Counted from the first letter of the whole stretch, positions 42,154 to 54,553 are shown. The stretch: 63,934 nucleotides of DNA, filler included, from Trichomonas gallinae (GCA_008369845.1; 9 parts of 9 records of this genome joined end to end with filler, not necessarily neighbours in it), one strand, 5' to 3'. The notes: generated by a model from the sequence alone, not told the origin. Program-made: numbers and translations.

Positions 42154-45042
42154 ATGGATAAAGAAGAACTTCTTCATTTATTCGAAGAAGCTCAGAAAGG
42201 CACAAATGAAAACATGGACAGTATATATCAAAGACTGAACTTTTATTCGAATTCTATTCAAACATTGCAAATCGCGAGAGAAATTTTCTTTGAAAATATT
42301 GCAAATACGAACATTTCATATATAAGTCTTCTTATGTGTAAAGATGTTCTCCAAAAGCGTGGAGCAATTCTATCAGAGAAACAATTATCTGCAGAGATAG
42401 ATACATTCTACGAATTATTTTCAAATAACACGGAGATTATTTCACAAAAAGATATAGTTACAAAAGCTGCATCATCAGTTTTAGCTTTTATAATAAGAAT
42501 TTATGTATCAGTATTCAAAAGATTAAATATATTCGAAAATTTTAAACAATTCATGTCATCTAATCAACTAGTTGGATTATATACGATTTTAGACTTTCTT
42601 CAGTTTATTAATGAAAAATATCAATTTGATTCGAATTTTGATGGTATTAAAGATACAGTGCAATATGTATTAATAGATATGCTACAAAGTGCAGATATTT
42701 CAAATGAAATATGGTTGAAAATTGTAAATATGATATTAAATTATTTAATTACTCCAAATTTAAATTACTGGGATCCAAATATTAAGATACAGCTTAGTAA
42801 GAGACGTGGTTCGATTTCAGATGCTCAAATACGAAAGATTTTAAATGTTAGTTTAGCAAATATTTTATTAGAAATAATTTTTTCAAATCCAGAGCAATCA
42901 GCTCTTGCGGCTGAAACATTACAATGCTTTCTATGTATAGAAGAATGGAGATTTGAAATGAGCGTTAAAAAAGAAATTCATAATTTAATTAAAATAAATT
43001 TCTCAAAATTTAAGGAAATAATAACAACAGATAATGTTGGTATGATATTTGCTGTTATATACAGATTCATATGTCAGACTGAAGCAAAGGACTTTATAAC
43101 AAAAGAATCTGGCGAAATTATTGAAATTCTTTTTGAAATCACAAAAATGACCAGCAATAGTGACTCCTTGTCAATAGCAATAATGATGTGGGCTGAAATA
43201 TCAGAGAAATTCGCCATGGATCTCGATCGTAAAAAATCAGATAAATTTGAAAAATTTCCAATTTTCGATGCATTGAACCAAGTTTTTATATTATTCATCC
43301 AAACAATGTCGAGTTTAGACAAGGAAGATCTGTTAGAAATTTTGTCTGACCCTTATTTCATTCAAAAATATGGAAATATTTGGAAAATCGCTAAATTAAA
43401 TCTTAAAAAACAAATTAAACTATTTGTTGATAACTATGAAGGTCTAATTACTCAAACCAGTGTAATGATTGCTCTTTGTTCCATATTCATGAACATCAAC
43501 ATTCGCAATGGTTTGTTATTGAAATCTGATCAAATATATTCCGAATCACTTTGTGACATTTTATTCCACACCAACATGATCATAAACAAAATAACTGAAA
43601 CAGAATTTGCTGAAGAAGACTTGCCGCTCATTCAAGAATCTATATCACTCTTCACGAGTTCATATCTCAGCCAAATATTTTTGAACAGTCAACCAGCTGT
43701 CAAAACAGCTTTTTCCTTTTTATCCACGAAATATAATGCTGGCGAAAAATTCAGAATCGGCGTAATTTATGACATTGTGCATCATTTGTTGTTAGGAATG
43801 CATAGGTTCCCATCTAACGTCAACATTGTATCGAATTACATAGATGATATCTCAAAAATAATTTCAGGATTAAAAGCGACGGTAAATTTCATGGAAATTC
43901 CAACAGTTATGCAGCATGTTAACGGAGAAGCTACATTAGATGTTTCAGGGCTTGATCCATTTGATCAATCTTTCCTTTACCAAAAATATTTCACGATGAT
44001 TACGCAGTTTATAGGAAAATACGACGTTTCGTCTTTGTTGGAAAACTTTCATAATAATTTGGCAGCTATTGATGTGAATAATCATTTGGATTGCCTGACA
44101 TTTTTACGTCGATTCTACGGATTCACTTCCAATGCTAACACAATGCACGTCATTGTCCTCGAATTCGTCACTCATCCTGAACATCACCAAAAATTTTTGG
44201 CAATTGTCAAAAACTGCGGCGAACATATTTTGCTTGCTCAGATTGTTTGCGAAATTTACGCATCTCTGAGTAACACAGCTCGTGGATGTGATGGCAGCAC
44301 AACTATTAATCTTGTCTATGTTCACTGTTGTCTCGAACTGCTTGGTGTTGTTGGATCTTTGACTAATTCTGAAGAAAAATTCTTCGGAGCAATACAGCTG
44401 ATAGAAAGCATGATTTGTGGAAATTACGTTAACTATGCTGCAATGAGATTTTTCGGTGATAACATGATAAACGAAATAGCGGAAATATTCTTTACTATCG
44501 TAGGCATGGATCCGCTCGTCGAATGGACGATGAATATAATCAGAACGATTGATATTCTCTATGATATTGATGTAGCACTTTTCCATGATGACAAAAGAAT
44601 TTCTTTATCACTGAAAATGATCTCGAAAGTTTTGATGATGGACAATCCTGAGTTTGCTGCAAAGGCTGCTCATGTGTTGGTCAAACTTATTGAATTGTGC
44701 GGTGAACACATTGGTGCGTTCGTGCAGCCTTTAGTATTAATTTTTGATGCGACTATGAACTTTACAAACTCTGATGCAACATGCAGAAAAGAATTCGCAA
44801 ACGCTGTCGAAAAACTTCTTCAGAAGGTTCCTGGAGATGTTGTCGAGATAATGAACCTTGCTGTGAGCTCATTTGATGAATTCATTCAGGAACAAGTCCA
44901 TGGAGTTTTCAATATTTTGCTTGAAGAGCAAAATAACAATTTCCCTGATAAATTCAAACGTTTCAGTCTGGACATAAGGAGATATCATGTTATTCTTTCT
45001 GATTTACCTCAATTTATGGAAATATTTAGGAATTCATTCTAA
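42154..45042 (+). CDS. Exportin-7/RanBP16-like karyopherin, 962 aa
   Basis: All-helical HEAT-like sequence; ICGNYVNYAAMRFFGD resembles the exportin-7 signature SGNYVNFGVFRLYGD. First ATG at 42154. Confidence 0.65.
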   Translation: MDKEELLHLFEEAQKGTNENMDSIYQRLNFYSNSIQTLQIAREIFFENIANTNISYISLLMCKDVLQKRGAILSEKQLSAEIDTFYELFSNNTEIISQKDIVTKAASSVLAFIIRIYVSVFKRLNIFENFKQFMSSNQLVGLYTILDFLQFINEKYQFDSNFDGIKDTVQYVLIDMLQSADISNEIWLKIVNMILNYLITPNLNYWDPNIKIQLSKRRGSISDAQIRKILNVSLANILLEIIFSNPEQSALAAETLQCFLCIEEWRFEMSVKKEIHNLIKINFSKFKEIITTDNVGMIFAVIYRFICQTEAKDFITKESGEIIEILFEITKMTSNSDSLSIAIMMWAEISEKFAMDLDRKKSDKFEKFPIFDALNQVFILFIQTMSSLDKEDLLEILSDPYFIQKYGNIWKIAKLNLKKQIKLFVDNYEGLITQTSVMIALCSIFMNINIRNGLLLKSDQIYSESLCDILFHTNMIINKITETEFAEEDLPLIQESISLFTSSYLSQIFLNSQPAVKTAFSFLSTKYNAGEKFRIGVIYDIVHHLLLGMHRFPSNVNIVSNYIDDISKIISGLKATVNFMEIPTVMQHVNGEATLDVSGLDPFDQSFLYQKYFTMITQFIGKYDVSSLLENFHNNLAAIDVNNHLDCLTFLRRFYGFTSNANTMHVIVLEFVTHPEHHQKFLAIVKNCGEHILLAQIVCEIYASLSNTARGCDGSTTINLVYVHCCLELLGVVGSLTNSEEKFFGAIQLIESMICGNYVNYAAMRFFGDNMINEIAEIFFTIVGMDPLVEWTMNIIRTIDILYDIDVALFHDDKRISLSLKMISKVLMMDNPEFAAKAAHVLVKLIELCGEHIGAFVQPLVLIFDATMNFTNSDATCRKEFANAVEKLLQKVPGDVVEIMNLAVSSFDEFIQEQVHGVFNILLEEQNNNFPDKFKRFSLDIRRYHVILSDLPQFMEIFRNSF

Positions 45043-45421
45043 TAAAGTTTATTTCTGTTCTTTATTTAAATCCTAACTTGATATTTTTTATTGTTGTTAA
45101 TTAATTCAAGCAAATATTAATGCTGGTCTATAAAAAACTGAAGCAAATATCAATTTTATGTTGTTCAGATTCAGCATCATGACCAAAAGAGATGAAACAA
45201 CAATAATGAATATTTTAGTCAGCCAATTTTAAACATAGAGGAAACTAAAATCATTGATGATATTCTTCAATGGTAAAAATGATGTATAGAGCTAATGAAA
45301 CTCGTAAAAATAATTTAAAGTGTAATGAAATATGAATCGAATGCGGATGAATATTATAGATAAATATAAAAATTTGATGACAAAAAATATTTAAAAAAAT
45401 ATAAGAATATAAAATAACATA

Positions 45422-48232
45422 TTAAGAGTCATCCTTGTTGAGTTGGTTCAGCAAGACGGCCCTGTATTGTTCGAAGTTAGGTGTAACTCTCATTTGCATC
45501 AAGACCTCTTTCACTCCCGACACTTTGATCTTCTCTCTCATCTCTTTGTGCGTGTACAAAACGAGCGTCAGTGTCAGCGACGAAAGAGCAAGATTTCCTT
45601 GCTCCGAGAGCATCGACGGCAATAATGGCACGAAGTCATCGAAACCGGACACATAACAGACTCTCGCCAATGCGTCGCACATCATAATGCATCCTGAAAT
45701 CGCTTCAATGCTCTCTCTGCTGATCTGTATGAACCTGGAGATGAAGCCGACCTGGTTCAGCTTGACAACAAAGTCAGCTGTCAGCGCCGCTCTTCTCACA
45801 ATTGTTGGGATAGCGAGCCTTATGTTTGGATCTGCAGACGAAGCCGCCATCATCAGCAGAGCTGGGAATCTCGGGTGCTCGGATATAACCCTCCTGTACG
45901 CTTTGACAGTGAAGACAGAAGAAAGGATCAAGAACATCAAGTCCGGAGGATAATCCATCCACTCTGGGTGCTCCAGTATAATCTGCGCGCCAACCTGCTG
46001 CTCAGCGATCCTGCATAACAAGACTGTGCCCTCCTGTGAAGGTCCAATAGCAAGTATAGCTGAAACAATTCTCTTTGATGATGGAACATTATCGAGATGG
46101 ATCAGGAAAGAAATGGCGACAGAAGAAAGAGGTGGATATCCGATGTGTGTGACAACCTTCTCAAGAGGAACGAACTGCCTGAGCTCTTTGAACGTCATAG
46201 TGAAGTTGTACAACTCGACTAGAAGCTGTACATCAGAATTCGAGAAGAACTGCATTAAAATCTGTCCTGTCTCGTTTACGTATGTTTCCCTGAACCATGG
46301 GAGTTTCAAGTAGAGGTTGTAGAGGATCCTGATGTAGTGGAGCGCGAATCTGATGTTTGCGTAGTCGTTTCTCACTGAAATCAAAATTTTGAGAATATAA
46401 TTTGCTTCATCTGTTGCTGTTTGGATCTTTGACGCGTAATTTGCGAAAACGTAGATGATTTGTTCTGGGAATGATGGAACGCAAGCTGCAAGTGCTGACA
46501 TTATCGCTGGAGAAATATAAGTTGGATTTTGAGAAATTGCGACGAAGATAATTTCTGCGTTGTATGCAATGAAGCCTTGGTAGTGGAAAGGAAGCTCGTT
46601 TTGGAGGTTTAATGTGCAGAATGGATTGATTAAAGAAATATCTCTTCTAAAAACTCTTACGAGCTCAGCGAGAACGAGCTGTGTGGTGTGCATTGGTACA
46701 TTTGGCTTGAGATATGGCTGCAGATACTTGAAAACATCAATTGCGTCGTCTAATGTCAAAGAATTCATGATTTGACGAAGAGTTTGTGGGAAATCTGGAG
46801 CCTGGTAGTTAGAAAGCTGGTTCTTGTACTTGGAATTCCTTGATCCTAGCTGCGGAACGTTCATAGCAGCCCTAGAATCAGCTCTTGCACGCGAAACTGG
46901 TGGAATTGGGTCGTTATTCAAGAAAATGTTCATTTCCTGTGGTACTGGGGCGTTATTTGGAATGTTATTATAAGGCTGAGAGGCAACTTGATTATATCCG
47001 AGTGAATTCTGGCGGCCGGACGGCGGAATGTTGGCGATGTAAGGCTGTGAGTTTCCTCTTGGTATTTCGAGAACATTTACCGGTCTTTCTTGTGGCGGCG
47101 GAGTTTGATTTCTGATTGGAGGCCTAATAACAGGAGCTTCCATATTTACGAACGGATTTGAGCCAGGTGAAGGATTGTAGCCCATGTGGCTGGCTGCTGG
47201 CAGCGGAGGAGGCAGATTATTAGGATTCAAAATATTGACAGTTGTTGAGCGTCCTCTTGTAGATTTCGCTGGTGCTTTCGCACGCCTGCTGATCAAGTGC
47301 TGCAATGGATCAACAGACATCTTGTTTTCTTCTTCTTTGATTAATGTTAAAATTGCGTTGATTGAGCGCGGATCTGTATCCCTGTACATAACCTTCCTGT
47401 CGCAGAATGTGTTGTAGATTTGCTTGAATGAAGGCCTTTTGTCTGGATCTCGGTCCCAACATAATTGAATTAGTTTTCTGAGGCTTCCCGGGCAAGAAGA
47501 AGGAATTGCAGGCCTCTCATTCTTCGTGACGACCGCTGTGGCAACTTGGATGGCCGATCTGCCTCTAAATGGAACAGAATCTGTAAGCATCTCCCAAAGT
47601 ATCATTCCGTAAGCGTAAACGTCGACCTTCTCTGTGTAGTGGTTGGATTCGAAGATTTCCGGTGCCATCCAGTGTGGCGTGCCGATTTCTTTCGTCATTT
47701 GCTCGTCCCCTTGATTTCCAAATCTAGATATACCAAAATCGCAGATTTTCGGCAAAAGTCTGTCGTCGAGAAGAATGTTAAGAGATTTGAGATCGCGGTG
47801 TATGATGTTTTGTCGGTGTAGTTCAATCATTCCGTGCGCAATTCCAATTGCAATTAATGTCTTATGGCTTGAGCTCAATTTAGGCGCGCCATGCTTATGC
47901 TGGAGGGCTTCGAAGAGAGAACCATTGGAAATAAATTCAGTAACTATAGTGAAAGGTGCCGTATCAGTAAATCCCATGAAAGGAAGCAGGAAGAAGTCAT
48001 GGCAACTTGCAAGAATCGTGACTTCTCTGACGAAGAAGTTCAAGTGTGGGCCTTCCAGCTCCTCAAGGAAGAGTTTTTTCACGGCACATTTTTGCCCAGT
48101 GTGATTATGCGTTGCTAACCAAACCTCGCCGTAACCACCCTTGCCTATACGCTTCTCCATCGTGAAATCTTCGAGTTTTATCAAATATTCTTCGAGTGGA
48201 GCTAAAATCTTATGAGGATCCCCACTCATCAT
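45422..48232 (-). CDS. TKL-family protein kinase with Pro/Asn-rich linker and ARM-like C-terminus, 936 aa
   Basis: GKGGYGEV, AVKK, HRDLKSLN, ICDFG, GTPHWMAPE, DVYAYGMILWE, CWDRDPDKRPSF. Confidence 0.95.
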   Translation of the reverse strand: MMSGDPHKILAPLEEYLIKLEDFTMEKRIGKGGYGEVWLATHNHTGQKCAVKKLFLEELEGPHLNFFVREVTILASCHDFFLLPFMGFTDTAPFTIVTEFISNGSLFEALQHKHGAPKLSSSHKTLIAIGIAHGMIELHRQNIIHRDLKSLNILLDDRLLPKICDFGISRFGNQGDEQMTKEIGTPHWMAPEIFESNHYTEKVDVYAYGMILWEMLTDSVPFRGRSAIQVATAVVTKNERPAIPSSCPGSLRKLIQLCWDRDPDKRPSFKQIYNTFCDRKVMYRDTDPRSINAILTLIKEEENKMSVDPLQHLISRRAKAPAKSTRGRSTTVNILNPNNLPPPLPAASHMGYNPSPGSNPFVNMEAPVIRPPIRNQTPPPQERPVNVLEIPRGNSQPYIANIPPSGRQNSLGYNQVASQPYNNIPNNAPVPQEMNIFLNNDPIPPVSRARADSRAAMNVPQLGSRNSKYKNQLSNYQAPDFPQTLRQIMNSLTLDDAIDVFKYLQPYLKPNVPMHTTQLVLAELVRVFRRDISLINPFCTLNLQNELPFHYQGFIAYNAEIIFVAISQNPTYISPAIMSALAACVPSFPEQIIYVFANYASKIQTATDEANYILKILISVRNDYANIRFALHYIRILYNLYLKLPWFRETYVNETGQILMQFFSNSDVQLLVELYNFTMTFKELRQFVPLEKVVTHIGYPPLSSVAISFLIHLDNVPSSKRIVSAILAIGPSQEGTVLLCRIAEQQVGAQIILEHPEWMDYPPDLMFLILSSVFTVKAYRRVISEHPRFPALLMMAASSADPNIRLAIPTIVRRAALTADFVVKLNQVGFISRFIQISRESIEAISGCIMMCDALARVCYVSGFDDFVPLLPSMLSEQGNLALSSLTLTLVLYTHKEMREKIKVSGVKEVLMQMRVTPNFEQYRAVLLNQLNKDDS

Positions 48233-48359
48233 TATATATAAATGATTTTTAACGCGAGATTCAGATTTTTGATAGTATAAGGTATATATTGGTAATGTTT
48301 ATTTTTAAAAAATTATTTATTGACAAGTTTTTCATAAAAATTTTATTCACATTTAAATA

Positions 48360-48578
48360 AAATTTATTTTCATCATTAACACCATATAAAACATCTATTT
48401 ATCTAAAAATTTTGATAAACTTTTATGCTAAATCTTTTTAAATTTATTTTTATCATTAACATAATATAACGAAGCTATATATCTAAAAATTTTTATTAAT
48501 TTTATTAATAATTAAAATAAAAATTATTTTCATATATAGCATCACCTAAAACTCTTATTTTTCAAAAAAATTTTGATC
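48360..48578. repeat. Degenerate tandem repeat of about 80 bp, three copies
   Basis: AAATTTATTTT.ATCATTAACA..ATATAA....CTAT.TATCTAAAAATTTT at about 48360 and 48440, with a weaker copy at 48521. Confidence 0.6.
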
Positions 48579-49610
48579 TACAGCCTGTAATGATAAATTT
48601 TCTGATAAACTATCGCGCGAAATTTTTTAGTGTTTTATGATTCCTGTGGTCAACATATATCGAAAATCAGATTAAAAATTATTTAATAAGAGATCATTTC
48701 TGGAAACTAAAATTTTTGAAGCAACAGCTGTTTTATGATCTCGTTTGGGGAAAGTGGACTGTATTACTGAGTTCCAAATAAATAAAATCTTCTGACAAAA
48801 TTAATGTTTTACTTCTTTTTGGTAGTTAGAGTGAACGAGCTCGTAATTAGTTGTCTATAAGCGCTATGTGTTGTAATAGCTGCATAGAGGCTGTTTTATA
48901 TAACACCCATTACTCCGACTTGTGAAATAAATATTTGAATGGATTTACTGTCAGTTGTAAATTATTTTTGAATGGCAATTGTAAATTTTGATTGTCAGAT
49001 TTGATTCAAATTTCAATGCTTGTTTTCAATGGATTAATGACAAGTAAAAAGTTTATGTGTCAAAATTATTCATAATTCTTTTCATCTCTATCTAACTATA
49101 TCAAACATAAATAATAGGAATAATTTACTTTGGGTATAGCTATGGTAACATTCTTATGAACTGATATAACATGTAAATTGTTATGAGTGCACCCTTAAAT
49201 CATGTGATATTTTTAATATCTATTCATCATTTATAAGATAGTATATGATTAGTTTCCATGCTCCAACTGGAGATACTTTTCTGCAATCACCATTTGTATG
49301 CTTAAAGTTACCTTAGGATAAAAAATTTTCCTAATCATTGAACAAACGCAACCAACGTGTTTTTTTGTAAAATAATTTTGACAAAAACTATTTATTCTGA
49401 CATTTTACAATACGAACTTTGTAAAATTGATTTTACATTGTAAAAATGTCAAAATCAAATTTTACGATGTAAATTGTCAAATTCGAAATTTACAATGCAA
49501 ATTTGACAGAATTCAATTGAAAGGTAGAAATATTGTCAGATGTAAAGTGAATATTGTCGGAATTTTATTTTTGAGGAATCTCATTGAAAAAATAACCGAC
49601 CTTGGCCCTT

Positions 49611-49615
49611 CCTTT
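49611..49615 (+). promoter_or_regulatory. CCTTT (M5-type alternative initiator typical of Trichomonas ribosomal protein genes)
   Basis: Located 10 nt before the RPL3 ATG. Confidence 0.6.
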
Positions 49616-49625
49616 TTTACTTAAG

Positions 49626-49777
49626 ATGTCTCATCGTAAGTTCAATGCCCCACGCCGTGGTTCCCTCGGCTTCCTTCCACGTGGCCGCTCTCATGCCGTC
49701 CGTGGCCGCGTACGCAGCTGGCCAAAGGATGATGCTTCCAAGAAGCCACATCTTTGCGCTTTCATCGGCTACAAGGC
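49626..49777 (+). CDS. RPL3: 60S ribosomal protein L3, 5' fragment
   Basis: [19 protein letters not shown]...[20 protein letters not shown]; truncated by gap. Confidence 0.97.
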
Positions 49778-49877
49778 NNNNNNNNNNNNNNNNNNNNNNN
49801 NNNNNNNNNNNNNNNNNNNNNTTAATTAATTAANNNNNNNNNNNNNNNNNNNNNNNNNNNNNNNNNNNNNNNNNNNN

Positions 49878-51489
49878 TGTCAGAATGCTCGCCTGTGAAA
49901 TCAACAGCTTCAAACTCGACATCATAGATCTTGTAATCAGTAGTTTGAGGGATGGTATAATAAATGGCAAATGGTTCTGGTTCTTCTGTAACTGTGATGT
50001 TGCCAAAGTTGTATTGAGGATTGTCACCAAACTTGACGTAGAGACTGAGTTCTTTGTTGAATTCTTTATCGATTGCAACACCGTAAAGAACAACTTTAGC
50101 TCCAGGGGTGCCCCAAGGTATGCCATTATGGAATTGATTCTTGCTACCAACAAAAGCAGACTTAATTTCTGGCTTTGTTGGTGGCTTGACTTTAATAGTG
50201 AAATTCTGTCTTGGGATTTCAACACCGTCATCATCAACGAGCCAAATGGAAAGAATGTGATCATTTCCTGGTTTGATTTCTTTTGGAATTTGGATTTTAG
50301 CATCAAAGTTGATTCCAGTTGCTGTAACATCAGTTTTCTGAATTTCGTCAACTCTTCCATTGTCAAACTGGTATTTGATGTAAACTTTGGACTCATCATC
50401 GGAAATTGTTCCCGCAATATCAATGAAATCGAGCTGATTATATGGTTCTTCTAATGGACTTTTTGATATTGTGAGAGTTGGTGGTTTTGAAACTGGGAGA
50501 CTCGAGGTTCTCACAATTGATTTAATATTTTGATCCACAGTCCAATATTCATAAACATATGAATCAACTGCTCCAATTGTAATATCTTTTGATACTATGC
50601 AATTAGATTTATAGATTGTAGACTCGCATTGGAATTTTTCTACTGTTTGACCAGGTAATTTTAGAAAAATATTATAATTTTCGATTTCATGGTTTGTTCC
50701 ATGAATCGTAATTTTAACCTGATCACCTTGAGAGTAATATTGTTTTCTAGGTGTTTCATCCTCAAGGAAAGGACGGAAATTAGTAATGTCAGCACCGGTA
50801 ATAACAAAGCCAAGAGTTTTGGTTTGGCCACCTTGAACTACCTGCTTTGACCAGTGAAGAGAAATGATGGATTTATCATTGGTAGTTGTTGCGGCACGGC
50901 TGTGCTCTGAACTCCAATATGGGAACTGAGTTGGATCATTTTGATTGAAATCATATGTATCAAAGTGATAGCCTGAAGCATCTGGATAGCCAACACGTTT
51001 AGTTTGAACTTTAAGTAAAAATTGAGTAAAGGAAGAGGCTTGACCTGAAAGCTTCATTCCCAGTTCGCTATAACTTTGAACTTGAACACCCTTGTTTGAC
51101 ACTTTTTTATCAGACAAAGCAAGTTTAGCAAAGACGCCAACATCAATCTTTCTTGGGAAGTAGTTATTGTTTGTAACATCAAACTGAACGTTAAGATATT
51201 GTGGATTATTTACATCTAATGATAAGGAACCTTTAACTGTTAAAGAATCAAATGGACTTGTAACAGTTGGATTGTTGGCTGTAAGGAGCTTGATATCTGA
51301 AATGTTATCATCTTTATCATAAAACCTAAGTGCAACATAGAAACCTTCTTTGTTATAGGTATAATCAAGCTTGGTTGCACCTTCATATTGAGCGATTTGG
51401 AGATTGAAGAATGCCTGATTTGGATCCTTTGGTGCTGAGCTATATACATTGAATTCACAGCACGCACGGAATATGAGATAAGCAAACAT
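49878..51489 (-). CDS. Bap-like secreted or surface protein, 3'-partial
   Basis: Short hydrophobic leader, beta-rich N-domain, then Ig-like repeats (IDIAGTISDD..VYIKYQFDNG...HILSIWLVD). Confidence 0.8.
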
Positions 51490-53305
51490 GATTTTGGTAC
51501 TTTCTTATGATTGAATGTCCTATTGAATTTTTTTGTTTTTTTAACATTCAAAAGAACTTTCAATTCATTCAAAAAAATCGACAAAAAACCTTCGTAAAAA
51601 TCGGAAAATCTTATAGTATATCTATATAGGGGATAAAACGGTATCATATATTTTTCTTAACATTCAAAAAATTGAATCAGATAAAATCAAAATTGAGAGC
51701 AGAGCTGGACCATTTATTTTATCAAAATTCTAGTTATAAATAATCAGCCTATGGTTAAACTATCTTGTTTGCATAATTATTTGTTTTCCATCAATCGTTT
51801 GAAAATTATCGCTGTTAATAGGATTGCTGTCAATATTCTTTTATAATTATATCGAGTTTGAATATTTTTGTAATCAAAATCAATTAAATCTTTGTTAACT
51901 TAAATATTGTCAATAAGATAATAGAATTATTCGTTTTGAATTTAAAAAAAATCCAATTCAATCACTATTCAAATTGAAAAATAAGTAATATGATAAGCAT
52001 TTTGTTTTATTTGATATAGTTGTAATAAAAATGATGATCGCAAAAATTGACATCCAATATTGCCCATAATTTGATTAATTAAGTTCGGGAACATGATTGG
52101 AATTAATAGATAATGTAGCATATGAAATAACCAAGATTATTGACCTTAGCATAAAATATGACATTTATGGTTAAGACAAAAGTGTCAGTGGGAGGCTAAT
52201 AATCAGAAAGTTGGATTTTATGGCATTATATTCAAAATATATTTGGTTTTTATTAACCAGAAACAAGTTTTAACTCTGTTTTAATAGAAAATATGCAATT
52301 ATGGCCATCAAAAAATCAATTTTACTGAACGTTGACGATTATCTTATATTCAAAAAAAAAAAGATTTTGAGAGTAATCAAAAATTAGTATTAGTATTTTA
52401 GACGCTATTTAGTTCCATATAACATATGATACACCACTAATTAATTAACGATAAGATTTTTCAATTTTTTTTTTTCTTCATATATATTAATACTGCATAA
52501 TTATGAGTAAAATATATCAATTTGATTGAAAATTGTATAGAAATTTTAAAATTGTAGGAATATGATCAATAAATATGATAACGGTAGTAGGAATTCATTG
52601 TTGGCTCCATGATGACATTATTTTTTGGATTTTTGTTATTTATTTCAACAAACAACACTCCGAACTGATAATATATTGTTTCTGGCATAGTTGTGAAAGA
52701 ATAACTGTTTTGTAGTTTCAAATTCGTTCTAAAAATTGGTTCATTGAAATGAAGAGTCGCCACTGCATCAATAACTGAACAGCATCCTTGATTATAAACT
52801 ATAGACTAATGAAAACTTTTATTTATTGTTTATTCATTAATATATCTAATCAAAAAGTTTAATTTCGACATTTTTGCAAATAACAACTGTATTTCAGACA
52901 AATTGTTTTAAAATCGTGATTTTTGTTTTGTCTGATATATGGTTCCATAAATGTCGCATGCAGTTTGTTTAATTTATGCAAATTGATATCAACAATACCG
53001 ATTGGTTGTATTAAGCCATGATATCTTTTTCCGAGCAATATAATATTGTGTTTTATGAAGGAAATACTTTAATCATAAGATGTTTTTATAAAATGATTTT
53101 GATCATTAACTTTTTGTCATTGATTTATGCATTAAAAAGCACTGTTTTGTAATATTTTTATAACCCAATCACTTGTTAAGCTATCTTCAGTCATAGATTT
53201 AATTTTGAAAAAAGATTCTGTTCTTTAACATGATGATGTGCTTATAACTCAGATTTGATGTTATGTTATATCAAATATATATTTCATAATTAGTTTTTAT
53301 TCGCA

Positions 53306-54553
53306 TTAAGCTACATAAAGCTTTACACTATAAGGCTCTGAATCGAAATCATCTTCGTCTCTGACAACGAATGAGAATGTATGTTGGCCTTTATTAACTC
53401 TTGGAACAGTGAAGAAGAAACCGTATGGCGTCTCTGAATCATTGCTCTTGAATCTCTTAATAGGGGTGGAGACTAAATCAAAATCGTCAAACTTATAGTA
53501 AAGACTCAACCATCTGTCGACTTCTTTGTCTGACATCAAAACGTATGCAACAACTTGATCGTTGACGCTCGCCGATTCAACAGAAAATCCAACTTCACTT
53601 AAAACTGGTTTGGTGCCAACTGTCAAATAATATTCCAAGTCACCGCCACTTTTCTGACCAACTGAGTTTTCAACCCAATAATTTAATGAAATTTCTTCGC
53701 CAACTTTGAATACGCGTGGAATTGGTATTTGAATGTCGTAGTTCGATGAATCATCATTATCATTAGGTTCATACTGCTGAGAACTTGTTTCTATCTTGCT
53801 GTTACCATTCCATTGCCATTTGATATGACTTGGGACTTTATATGTCCATAATTGGCCAGTGATATGAACCTTACTACCTTCAACATATTTTTCTTTGGGT
53901 GTTAAATTTTCTACTATATTTGGCTCATAATCTCTTAATAATATTAATGTACCTGTAATTTTATTGGATGCCCAGCTGCCACTTGCATCTGTTGCATAGA
54001 TTGAGTAAGTGTATGTATAATCATTGTGGGGCATTATTATTTTTTCAATGAAATAGAAGAATGGCTCCTGAGACGTCGGAGTATATTGCCTTTTAATTAT
54101 TTGTCCATTTGCTTCGAATGTTACATTAATTAATTGATTTATATCCGCGTCTGAAATCTTGAATTTGAACTCAATTTCATCGTCAGGTTGTACATCATTA
54201 GAATCATATGGATAAACAATTTCATCTTCGATAACTGAAGGTGTCGGTATAAATTTATCTGGTGCAAGAGTAACAGCAAAAACCACTGATGTTTCTGCTT
54301 TAATAATTTGATATATCCAAGAAAATGCATAGGCGGAATTTTGATCAGATGATGTTTCGGTGTTGGGTCCACTATATTCGAAAATTGGCATGTTTTCGAT
54401 TTTGCCATTTGTTCTTTTAACTGCTCCAACATATGATCTACTAACAGGAATGTTTGTAAGGAAATTGTTGGTAAAAACAGTATAATATAAATCACGTCCT
54501 GAAACAACAAATCCAAGGTTATCACCTCTGCGTGAAATAGGATTGTTGTCATC
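53306..54553 (-). CDS. Bap-like protein, 5'-partial, paralogue of 49878-51489
   Basis: The frame stays open from ATG 54391 up to the contig edge (DDNNPISRRGDNLGFVV...); same domain order as the neighbour (AFSWIYQII vs SLHWSKQVV, then three Ig-like repeats). Confidence 0.8.
   Translation of the reverse strand, partial: DDNNPISRRGDNLGFVVSGRDLYYTVFTNNFLTNIPVSRSYVGAVKRTNGKIENMPIFEYSGPNTETSSDQNSAYAFSWIYQIIKAETSVVFAVTLAPDKFIPTPSVIEDEIVYPYDSNDVQPDDEIEFKFKISDADINQLINVTFEANGQIIKRQYTPTSQEPFFYFIEKIIMPHNDYTYTYSIYATDASGSWASNKITGTLILLRDYEPNIVENLTPKEKYVEGSKVHITGQLWTYKVPSHIKWQWNGNSKIETSSQQYEPNDNDDSSNYDIQIPIPRVFKVGEEISLNYWVENSVGQKSGGDLEYYLTVGTKPVLSEVGFSVESASVNDQVVAYVLMSDKEVDRWLSLYYKFDDFDLVSTPIKRFKSNDSETPYGFFFTVPRVNKGQHTFSFVVRDEDDFDSEPYSVKLYVA

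Noticed and set aside
54139..54552. 137-aa ORF suggesting a frameshifted Bap-like gene
   Set aside because: The main frame of 53306-54391 is already open to the contig edge; this ORF is an alternative-frame shadow.
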